A DNA stretch of 64,000 nt from an uncultured Thermoanaerobaculia bacterium (GTDB taxonomy: Bacteria > Acidobacteriota > Thermoanaerobaculia > Thermoanaerobaculales > Sulfomarinibacteraceae): the NCBI GenBank assembly GCA_964420405.1, contig CAYQTL010000006.1:11483-75482 (forward strand), in the 5' to 3' direction. Under the pieces are notes generated by a model. The model was not told where the DNA came from. It did no database searches and was given only the letters and a program-made list of their open reading frames with translations. Position 1 is the stretch's first letter; every line of letters begins with the position of its first letter. The position numbers were made by a program, and so were the translations under genes. Below are positions 9,749-17,670 of this stretch, piece by piece.

Positions 9749-9943
9749 ATGAGCGAAGCCGGATGTGCCACGTGCCCCTGGCGCGCGACATACGACCAGC
9801 GCCCGCGGTCGCTGCTGGGACGGCTGTGGAGGTTCCACGCCCGCCTCTGCCCCGGGTGGCGGGCGTACGTCACGGGGCTTCCCGACGAGGAGAGACGGGC
9901 GGTGATCGAGCGGTACGCCCTGCCCGCCCGGAAGCCCGCGTGA
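9749..9943 (+). CDS. small conserved-looking 4-Cys protein (64 aa)
   Basis: ATG 9749 after GGCGAGGAGG. MSEAGCATCPWRATYDQRPRSLLGRLWRFHARLCPGWRAY carries two Cys pairs (CxxC and one CPGW). Function unknown. Confidence 0.55.
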   Translation: MSEAGCATCPWRATYDQRPRSLLGRLWRFHARLCPGWRAYVTGLPDEERRAVIERYALPARKPA

Positions 9944-9964
9944 GCCGCTGCCGCGTCGGGGTGT

Positions 9965-10558
9965 CTACTCGATCGTGAAGCTCATCAGCTCGACCGGCAC
10001 CAGGGTGGCGGTCACCGAGTAGCTGCACAGGATCGACGAGGTGCTCGTCGGCGGGGGACCGTTGGAGTCCCACAGCGACCCGAGGTGCGTCGCGAGCCCG
10101 GTCGGCGCGACCGCCGGCGAGCTCGCCTTCCAGTCGTAGGGCTCGGCTCCGGCGGGACCGTAGGCCACGATCCAGTAGCTCGCGCCGGCGGTCAGCGTGG
10201 ACCCGGACGACGTGAAGTCGTAATTGGCGATTCCGGTCGCGCCGAACGTCGGGTTGGTCAGGGTCTCGATGGCCGCGCCGGGCTGACCGCCGGCGTCGCT
10301 CCACAGCTCGACGATCGGCGACACCCCGGGCGCCGGGACGTTGAGGCGCATCGTGACGTGGTCGAGGATGTAGTCCTGCCCCGCCGGCATGGTGAACCCC
10401 ATGCCCTTGTTGCGGGTGTCGTTGATGATCCCGGTCTGGGTGCCGTCGTCCCCGTCGAGGTTGCTGATCAGGACGGTCTGCGCCGCGACCGGCTGTGCGA
10501 GCAGACAGAGCACGACCAGCGCCGCCGACCCCACTACCCCGTGTGCACTGCGGAACAT
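9965..10558 (-). CDS. secreted protein of unknown function (197 aa)
   Basis: Signal peptide MFRSAHGVVGSAALVVLCLLAQPVAAQ, beta-rich Thr/Gly/Asn composition, ends ..LVPVELMSFTIE. Confidence 0.8.
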   Translation of the reverse strand: MFRSAHGVVGSAALVVLCLLAQPVAAQTVLISNLDGDDGTQTGIINDTRNKGMGFTMPAGQDYILDHVTMRLNVPAPGVSPIVELWSDAGGQPGAAIETLTNPTFGATGIANYDFTSSGSTLTAGASYWIVAYGPAGAEPYDWKASSPAVAPTGLATHLGSLWDSNGPPPTSTSSILCSYSVTATLVPVELMSFTIE

Positions 10559-10674
10559 CTTCTCCCCCTCCTTCTCCAGCTGGCCTATCGCAGAACGACT
10601 CTACCAGAAGAGGCAGCGGGGACGCAGCCGTTTCGGGCCCGGTTCGGAGTCTCCGGCAGCTCGCACCCGGACGG

Positions 10675-11370
10675 TCAGACGGGGTCCTGGAACCGCTCGC
10701 AGAACCGTCCGAGGGCGTCGCGGACGCCGTCCCGCTTGGCGGCGACCGTGGTCCACGGCCCGCGCGCGATCTCGATCTGGATCCACGGCATCTCGCGGCC
10801 GTGCCGGCGGGTGATGTAGCCGCCCGAGAACGGTCGGTTGACGGCGGGCCGGATGCCGAAGGCCGCGCCGAAGCACGACGTCAGCTCGGCGGTCCAGGCC
10901 GGCGGACAGCTGGCGCCGTTCGCGTCACCGAGGCACACCTCCGGCCGCCGGCTTCCGGGGTCCGGAGCCACAGGGGGTGCCACCGCCGCCATGGTGTGGC
11001 AGTCGAACGCCACCGGAACGGTCCTGGCGAGCGCTGTCAGGTGCTCGTGGTACGGGGTCCAGTAGCGCTCGACGAGCAGCCGTGCCACCTCGTCCGCGAG
11101 CGGACGTCGCCAGACCGGGACGTTCCAGCAGGTGTGGGTCTTGACCACGCCGTCGCGACGCCGGTCGTCCGGCGCGCGGTTGAGGTCGACCACCGCTCGC
11201 GCCACCCCGGTGGTGATGAAGCGCGCGACGTGGCGCTCGAGGTCGTAGATCGCGGCGGCCTCCTCGTCGCCGTCCCGGGCGATCTCGTGATCGGGCGCCG
11301 CCCGCAGGGGCTCCACCTCCGGCGGGACGCCGAGCCCGGCGTGGGGCACCGACACCAGGGCGGGGATCAC
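10675..11370 (-). CDS. N-formylglutamate amidohydrolase (FGase, PF05013-like) family protein
   Basis: The GTG start at 11370 overlaps the GGT stop (GTGA). VIPALVSVPHAGLGVP carries the family PHAG motif near the N-terminus. The track ORF extends upstream as Arg/Pro junk. Confidence 0.8.
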   Translation of the reverse strand: MIPALVSVPHAGLGVPPEVEPLRAAPDHEIARDGDEEAAAIYDLERHVARFITTGVARAVVDLNRAPDDRRRDGVVKTHTCWNVPVWRRPLADEVARLLVERYWTPYHEHLTALARTVPVAFDCHTMAAVAPPVAPDPGSRRPEVCLGDANGASCPPAWTAELTSCFGAAFGIRPAVNRPFSGGYITRRHGREMPWIQIEIARGPWTTVAAKRDGVRDALGRFCERFQDPV

Positions 11371-12950
11371 GACGGTCCCCCGGAGGTGCCGTCCCGCCGT
11401 GGATCGGCCGCGCCGAGGAAGCCCTCGCCGTCCCGGCGGACCAGCTGGACCGCGCCGAAGAAGTACGAGTACGGCTCCTCCTCCACGACCGTCCAGCCGT
11501 CGTCGCGCAGGGCCGCCAGGAGCTTCCTGCCCACGCGGGGAGCCTCGATCCGGAGCTCGCCCCCCGGCGACGCGTGCAGGCGGGGAGCGGCGATCGCGTC
11601 GGACGGCGCCGCCCCTCCGTCGATCCGGAGCAGCGACTGGGCGATCGCGGACGAGATGCGGGACGAGCCGGGCGATCCGACCACCTCCACCGGCATCCTG
11701 TCCCGGTACAGAATCGTCGGCGCAACGCTCGACCACGGGCGGCCGTTGGGCCGCAGCGCGTACGGATGGGCGGGATCGTCGTGACGGAACGCCGAGATGT
11801 AGCTGTTGTAGAGCATGCCCAGCTCCCGGTTGGCGACGCAGGCGCCCCAGAACAGCTCGATCGACTGCGTCAGGCCGACGGCGTTGCCGTCCGCGTCCAT
11901 CACCGACAGGTGGGTCGTGTCGCCGCCGACGCCTCCCGCGAGCTCGCGGGCGAGGACCTCGAGGCGGCGCTCGGCGAGCATGTCGTGGACCAGCTGGGCG
12001 TGACGTTCCGGATCGCGCGGCTCGCCCTCGTGGTCCTCGAGCGCCCGCCGGATCGCGCGCGCCAGGAATCGGGCGCCGGAGGCCCGGTCGGGATCCCGCA
12101 GGTCGAGCGGGCTGCGGTCGAGGACGTGGAGGATCTGGAGCAGCACGCGGCCGGCGCCGGCCGGCGGGAAGGTCGCCACCTCGAGGCCGGCGAACTCGCC
12201 CCGGTCGGGGTCCCGCTCGACCGGCCACGGGACCTGCAGCAGGTCGTCCCTTCCGATCAGCCCGTCGTGGGCTGCCATGTCGGCGACGATGGAGCTCGCG
12301 ATCGCGCCCTGGTAGAAGTCGCTGGCGCCGTGCTCCGCGAGCCGGCGGAGGGTGGCGGCCATCGCAGGCTGGCGAAGGGTGTCGCCCTCCCGGTAGGGGT
12401 CCTTCCCGTCGGCGAGGAAGAGCTCGGCGGCGGTTCCGGCCCGCAGCAGGTCGAGCTTGCTCTCGGCCAGGTGCTGCTGGAGCGAGCTCACCGGGAATCC
12501 CTCGTCAGCGAGCCGGATGGCCGGTCGCAGCAGATCCGGCCATGGCAGGCTGCCGTACCGGTCGTGGAGGTAGGCGAGGGTGGCGGGGGTGCTCGGCACC
12601 GTCGCCGCGCGGTAGCCCACCGACCTCGCCTCGGGAGGGATCGAGCGGGACGTCGCGTGGTTCGGCGCCCTGGACGAGCCGTCGAGAGCCACGGTGCGGC
12701 CGAGGCGCGCCTCGTGGAGCAGCGCCATCGTCTGCCCGGCCAGCCCGCTCGCCGAGGGCTCGCACACGCCCAGGGCGAAGGCCGCCGCCACGGCGGCGTC
12801 GAACGCGTTGCCGCCGGCGGCGAGCATCTCGGCGCCGGCGTCGGTTCCTCCCGGGTGCTGGGTCGCGACCATCCCGGCCTCCGACCGCGCCGTGCGCTCG
12901 CCCCAGGGCGGTCGCGCCGGGTCCGGCGTGGAGGGGATGCGGAGGGTCAC
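11367..12950 (-). CDS. ggt: gamma-glutamyltransferase-family Ntn hydrolase, no signal peptide
   Basis: The GTG start at 12950 overlaps the upstream stop (GTGA). GMVATQHPGGTDAGAEMLAAGGNAFDAAVAA is a typical GGT N-terminus. The autoprocessing nucleophile motif GGDTTHLSVMDADGNAV is intact. Confidence 0.9.
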   Translation of the reverse strand: MTLRIPSTPDPARPPWGERTARSEAGMVATQHPGGTDAGAEMLAAGGNAFDAAVAAAFALGVCEPSASGLAGQTMALLHEARLGRTVALDGSSRAPNHATSRSIPPEARSVGYRAATVPSTPATLAYLHDRYGSLPWPDLLRPAIRLADEGFPVSSLQQHLAESKLDLLRAGTAAELFLADGKDPYREGDTLRQPAMAATLRRLAEHGASDFYQGAIASSIVADMAAHDGLIGRDDLLQVPWPVERDPDRGEFAGLEVATFPPAGAGRVLLQILHVLDRSPLDLRDPDRASGARFLARAIRRALEDHEGEPRDPERHAQLVHDMLAERRLEVLARELAGGVGGDTTHLSVMDADGNAVGLTQSIELFWGACVANRELGMLYNSYISAFRHDDPAHPYALRPNGRPWSSVAPTILYRDRMPVEVVGSPGSSRISSAIAQSLLRIDGGAAPSDAIAAPRLHASPGGELRIEAPRVGRKLLAALRDDGWTVVEEEPYSYFFGAVQLVRRDGEGFLGAADPRRDGTSGGPS

Positions 12951-15058
12951 GTTGCCGGCCCGTCTCCCGCCACCATCAGGGCGAGCAGCACCGCCCGCGT
13001 CGCCAGGTCGGAGCGCCGGATCACCTCGGCGGCGCCGCTGCGCTCGGCGGGCGGACCGAGGCCCGTCAGGCACGGCACGGTCTCCGGCGCGAACCCGCAC
13101 AGGCTGGGAGGCGCCACCGACACCTCCGGGAGCCCGAAGCCCAGGACGGTCGAGTGGCGCCGCAGCTCGGCCAGCATCCGTTGGGAACCGATGTCGGGGC
13201 TGCGCGCCGGCACCGTTCCGACGTCGTCGAGGTGCCACCGGAGGCCGAGGGAGTCGAGGTGACGCCGTACCTGGCCGGTCCAGCGCTCGGCGTCGGTCTC
13301 GCGCGGGAAGCCCAGCACGAGCTCGGCCTCCAGGCGGTGCGGAGGCTGGCCCGCCTCGGCCGCCGTCGCGATCCGGTGGATCCGGGGTCGCGGTCCCCGG
13401 TGGGGCGTCAGCACGCGTTCCAGGACCGGCAGCATCCGCTCCACCAGGTCGCCGCCGTCGTCGCCGGGAGGAAGCGAGACCGCCAGCGCGAGCTCGATCT
13501 CGCCGGTGGCCGCGGCCGCCGGCGCCAGCCCTGGCTCGACCCCGAGCACCCTCCGGGCGCTGGACAGCGCTCGTCGGAGCATGTCGCCGCTCCACCGGCA
13601 GCGGCGACCCCGGTCGCCGCACGCGACGACTGCCGTCGACCCGTGGTCGAGGCGGCCGTTCTCCGCCGCCACCCGCAGGGCCTCGAGCGCGATCGCCAGG
13701 GGCGCCCGGGTGGACGCGACGCCCTCTCCCGCCACGACCTCTCCGTCCCGGCGTGTCGTCATGGGTGGCGCCGACGGAGTGACCGGGACGTCGAGCGCCA
13801 GCGCCAGCACGGTCGCGGTGTCGATGCCGTCCGTCGTCCAGGTCCAGACGGTCTCGCCGTCGGTCAGCTCGGGATCCGGCGTCAGTCCGAGCTCGTCGAG
13901 CTCGCCTGTCAACCGGCGGGCGGCGGCGGACGCGGCCCCGGGCTCCGCGGTCCGGCTCGCGGTCGCGGTCCACGCCAGCAACCGGTCCTCGATCTCGCCG
14001 CGGCGGGCGGTGACCGCAGCCGCGATCTCCTCGGGCACGTTCCGAGCGGTCCGCCGCGCGGCCGGGCGGGCGGTGGCCCCGAAGCAGCGACCGGCCGCCT
14101 CCTGGACCAGCCGGTCGACCAGGGCCCGGTAGTCGAGCCCGGCGGCGGCCGCGGCCCGGGCGTAGGGTCCGGCCGGCAGCAGCCCGGGGATGCTGTTCAC
14201 CTCGAGGAGGAACAGCCGGCCGTCCTCGTCGAGCCGCAGGTCGGCGCGGCCGAGGTCGCGACATCCGAGCTCCTGGAACGCCTCGACCGCGATCCGGCGG
14301 GCCTCGTCCGCCACGCCGTCGTCGATCGGCGCCGGCACCTCGTAGCGAAGCTCGCGACCTTCGAGCTCCTTGTCCTCCTGCCGGAAGAGGTCTGGCGGCC
14401 GACCGTCGATCAGCAGCTCGACCACCGGCAGCGCACGGGGCGGGTCGTTCCCTACGAGACCGACGTACAGCTCGCGCCCCGCGACGTACCGCTCGATCAG
14501 CAGCGGCTGACGGAACCTCTCGGCGACCCGCCCGGTGACCCGGCGCAGGGCCGTGGCGTCGGAGGCCATCTCGAGGCCGAGAGAGCCCGCCTCGTGGCGG
14601 GGCTTGACGATGACCGGGAACTCGATGCCCGCGGCATCGTCGACCGCGCCGTCCGACACCCGGAACTCTGGTGTCGGCAGGTCCCGGCGCGCGAAGACCA
14701 TCTTGGCGACCACCTTGTCGAGCGCCAGCGAGTGCGCGAGGGGGCCCGAGCCGACGTACGGCAGCCCGAGCATCTCCAGGACGCTCGGCACGTGGGTGTA
14801 GCGGGCCCGGCCCTGGATGCCGTAGGCGAGGTTGAACACCAGGCCGGGCTCCTCTCCCGGGATCGTGGACGGCAGCTGCTGCGTGAGACGGTCGACGAGG
14901 TCGACGCCGTCCTCCACCGCCGCCACGTCGTGGCCGGCGGCCTCCAGCGCGTCGATCACGGCTTCGACGATCTCCGGCTCGATCACCTCGCGGTTGGGGC
15001 GGCCGCGGCGGTTGAGGACCTCGGGGTCGGGGGGGGTGAAGACGACGACGACACGCAT
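12947..15058 (-). CDS. fusion protein: D-Ala-D-Ala-ligase-like ATP-grasp domain plus degenerate M20 (ArgE/DapE/CPG2)-like domain (703 aa)
   Basis: Internal ATG 15058 (MRVVVVFTPP) after GAAGGCGG. ATP-grasp motifs PVIVKPRHEAGSLGLEM and GRADLRLDEDGRLFLLEVNSIPGL. The C-terminal ~370 aa follow the M20 peptidase order, but the expected metal and catalytic residues are substituted (see findings). Confidence 0.85.
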   Translation of the reverse strand: MRVVVVFTPPDPEVLNRRGRPNREVIEPEIVEAVIDALEAAGHDVAAVEDGVDLVDRLTQQLPSTIPGEEPGLVFNLAYGIQGRARYTHVPSVLEMLGLPYVGSGPLAHSLALDKVVAKMVFARRDLPTPEFRVSDGAVDDAAGIEFPVIVKPRHEAGSLGLEMASDATALRRVTGRVAERFRQPLLIERYVAGRELYVGLVGNDPPRALPVVELLIDGRPPDLFRQEDKELEGRELRYEVPAPIDDGVADEARRIAVEAFQELGCRDLGRADLRLDEDGRLFLLEVNSIPGLLPAGPYARAAAAAGLDYRALVDRLVQEAAGRCFGATARPAARRTARNVPEEIAAAVTARRGEIEDRLLAWTATASRTAEPGAASAAARRLTGELDELGLTPDPELTDGETVWTWTTDGIDTATVLALALDVPVTPSAPPMTTRRDGEVVAGEGVASTRAPLAIALEALRVAAENGRLDHGSTAVVACGDRGRRCRWSGDMLRRALSSARRVLGVEPGLAPAAAATGEIELALAVSLPPGDDGGDLVERMLPVLERVLTPHRGPRPRIHRIATAAEAGQPPHRLEAELVLGFPRETDAERWTGQVRRHLDSLGLRWHLDDVGTVPARSPDIGSQRMLAELRRHSTVLGFGLPEVSVAPPSLCGFAPETVPCLTGLGPPAERSGAAEVIRRSDLATRAVLLALMVAGDGPAT

Positions 15059-15309
15059 CAGACCACCGCCTTCAACGTGGCCGCCGGTCAGGGGCTTTCG
15101 CCGGCGGACAGGACGGAGCCGGTTTTCCGGGAGCCCCCGACGGCTGCGCAGGGGCACACCGGACGTACCCCGGTCAACGCGTCGGCCTGGGACGGCGGTG
15201 AGGGACCGACGGAGGCGGTCTGGCGGAGGAACCGCCGGACGGGATCGGGCCACTGCGGTGACCCCACCCCCCGTTCCCGCGGCCGCCGGGGGTGGTCGGT
15301 CCGCGGTCC

Positions 15310-15750
15310 TCAGTACACGTCGACCACGGGGCCGGACCCTCTCAGACATGCGGCGAGCGCCCCCGGGCTCGGGGCGGCCGACATGGGCCAGGCCGTGGCT
15401 GCCGGTGGGGCGGTCGAGGGAGTATGGCTGCACCGAGCGGGACCGCAGCTCGGCGGCGTCGCCGAGCCAGGCCTTCGGGTCTCGCAGGCCGGAGCTGCCC
15501 TCCTCACCGGCGGCGACGAGGGTCTGAGTTGTCGACGTCCGGCAGACCGGCGAGCGAGACCGTCGAGGATGCCGGCGAGAGTGACTCCCGCGGCGGGACG
15601 GTCGTACCGGCCCGGCGACTCCTCGGTGCCGACGCAGTCGAAGGGGCTCAGCTCGCGCCGCGGAGGCAGGAGGTCGATGCCGAGCGAGCGGCCGCGGCGG
15701 CGTGAGGCCACCGGGCCGTGCACGGCGCCGCGCTCCAGCCCGATCGTCAC
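15310..15750 (-). pseudogene. decayed radical-SAM-like ORF coupled to the MocR gene
   Basis: The GTG at 15750 overlaps the MocR stop (GTGA) and follows GGAGGTGG. VHGPVASRRRGRSLGIDLLPPRRELSPFDCVGTE resembles a radical SAM N-terminus (GPV.SRR.GRSLGI.L.P..C...C..C) but only one Cys is left. High GC3 stops near 15545 and resumes in another frame that ends at TGA 15344..15342. Confidence 0.4.
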
Positions 15751-17234
15751 GTCGCCACCTCCGCCGGCCGGAGGTCGCCGATCGCGCGACCCAGGCGTGC
15801 GATACCGTCCTCGATCGCCGGCTCGTCGAGCATCGAGATCGAGATCCGGAAGCTGGGTCGTGGCGCCGGACCGGGAAAGAAGTGCCGGCCCGGCGCGACC
15901 GCGACCCTGTGTCGCTCGCACAGTGCGTCGAGGCGGGAGGGGTCGACGGTCCCCGCCCGCAGGCTGATCCACACCAGGTAGCCCCCGGCGGGCTCCGTCC
16001 AGGACACGAGGTCCGCCGGGAGGTGCCTGCGCAGGGCGTGCTGGGCGACCTCCATCCTCCGCCGGAAGACCTTGTGCATGCGCCGGACGTGAGCGTCGTA
16101 GTGTCCCTGCCGGCAGAGCTCGGCCATCGCCGCCTGGAGGACCCCCGACGACGACAGGTCGCTGAACCGCTTGACGGCGGTCAGCCGCCGGATGCACTCG
16201 GGGTCCGCGATCACCCAGCCGACGCGCACGCCGGGGAAGAGCACCTTCGAAAAGGTGCCCAGGTAGATGACGACCTGGGAGGCGTCCATGGACTTGATCG
16301 GCAGGGTGACGCCACCGAGGTACTTCATCTCCTCCTCGAAGCCGTCCTCGACGAGGGGCAGCCCGTGGCGGCCGCACAGCTCGAGCAGCCGTTCGCGATG
16401 GCTCTGGGAGGTGGTGATGCCGGTGGGGTTGTGGAAGTTCGGGATGGTGTAGAGCAGCCGCGGGCGCTCCCGCGCGAGCAGACACTCGAGGTGGTCGAGG
16501 TCGAGACCGCCGTCACCCATGGGCACGGCAAGGGCCTCGAGACCGTGTCCCGCGACCAGCGGGATGACCGCCGAGTAGGTCGGCGCCTCGAGCGCGACGG
16601 GGGAGCCCGGCGGCGCGAGCAGCCGCAGGACCAGGTCGATCGCCTGCTGCGAGCCGTTGGTGATCAGCACCTGCTCCGGGCTCACGGCCATGCCGTGGGT
16701 CCTCGCGCGCTCGGCGATGGCGGTCCTCAGGCTGGGCTCGCCCCGGCGGTCGCCGTACCGCAGCAGGCGGTCGCCGTCCCGGGCGAGCACCCGGTTGAGG
16801 CAGCGGCGGAGCTCGTCGCGTGGAAACAGCCGCGGATCCATGTCGAGTCGGCTCAGGTTGACGAACCCGTCGGCCTCGTCCCGGTGGTCGAAGTCGACGT
16901 CGTGCTCGAGGAGGGCCGCCGCCGCCTCCGACGTCAGGCGCTCCCAGTCGATCGCCCCGGACCCGGCGCGCAGGGGCTCGGCCACCAGGCGGGGACGGGC
17001 GCGGACGCGGGTGTAGGAGCCGGCGCGGCTGTCGGCGTAGCCGAGCGCCCACAGCTCGTCGTACGCCCTGCACACGGTGCTCCGGTTCACGCCGAGCCTC
17101 TCTGCGAGAGCGCGGGTGGAGGGCAGGGCGGCATCGACCGCGAGGGTGCCGTCGTCGACGAGCGTGCGGATCTGTTCCACGATCTGTCGCCAGATCGGGA
17201 TGCCCGAGCGGCGGTCGAGATGCGGCAGGATCAT
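15747..17234 (-). CDS. MocR/GntR-family PLP-dependent transcriptional regulator (495 aa)
   Basis: Internal ATG 17234. N-terminal GntR wHTH LPSTRALAERLGVNRSTVCRAYDEL. C-terminal fold-type I aminotransferase domain with LGTFSKVLFPGVRVGW (PLP lysine) and PNFHNPTG. Confidence 0.9.
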   Translation of the reverse strand: MILPHLDRRSGIPIWRQIVEQIRTLVDDGTLAVDAALPSTRALAERLGVNRSTVCRAYDELWALGYADSRAGSYTRVRARPRLVAEPLRAGSGAIDWERLTSEAAAALLEHDVDFDHRDEADGFVNLSRLDMDPRLFPRDELRRCLNRVLARDGDRLLRYGDRRGEPSLRTAIAERARTHGMAVSPEQVLITNGSQQAIDLVLRLLAPPGSPVALEAPTYSAVIPLVAGHGLEALAVPMGDGGLDLDHLECLLARERPRLLYTIPNFHNPTGITTSQSHRERLLELCGRHGLPLVEDGFEEEMKYLGGVTLPIKSMDASQVVIYLGTFSKVLFPGVRVGWVIADPECIRRLTAVKRFSDLSSSGVLQAAMAELCRQGHYDAHVRRMHKVFRRRMEVAQHALRRHLPADLVSWTEPAGGYLVWISLRAGTVDPSRLDALCERHRVAVAPGRHFFPGPAPRPSFRISISMLDEPAIEDGIARLGRAIGDLRPAEVAT

Positions 17235-17265
17235 GGGCCCCTCCCCGTGGAGCAGGGATACCTCC

Positions 17266-17293
17266 AAATCGGTCGGTTCACAACATCCGATTT
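17266..17293. promoter_or_regulatory. inverted repeat upstream of the MocR gene (candidate operator or promoter element)
   Basis: AAATCGG-N14-CCGATTT, unusually AT-rich for this sequence, 32 nt upstream of the MocR ATG in the divergent region shared with the histidine kinase gene. Confidence 0.3.
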
Positions 17294-17670
17294 CCGGCAA
17301 CGTCTCACCATCCAGTTGGTCGGAGGACCGTCGCGTGTACGGGACCGTTGTCTCCGGGGCCGGGGCTCGTTCCGGGCGCTCCCGGCCGAGGGGCCGACGG
17401 TTCCGTCCCGGGCCCGAGATCGGGTCCACCGACCGAGTCTGCGCGCATCTGGCTCGTGCTCGAGGCCGAGACGGGACGGGAGGGGCAGCCCGGGCTCGGC
17501 GGTTGGGGGACGTGGAGGCCGCCCGCGGTGCGCGTCGAGGCGATCGTGCACCGCGGGCGGCGGCGGGATGGGTGTATCCTGAGATCACGGACGGATCCGA
17601 AGTCCAGACGGGTGAGAAAGCCTCCGCTGCTTCGCGGTTTGTCCGGCGGGCTGAACGAGGAGGTGGTGCC

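Noticed and set aside
11399-15967. 1522-aa ORF on the + strand across the GGT/ATP-grasp region
   Set aside because: It is an Arg/Pro/Gly-rich nonsense translation antisense to three genes with clear family motifs (GGT TTH motif, ATP-grasp motifs, FGase PHAG).
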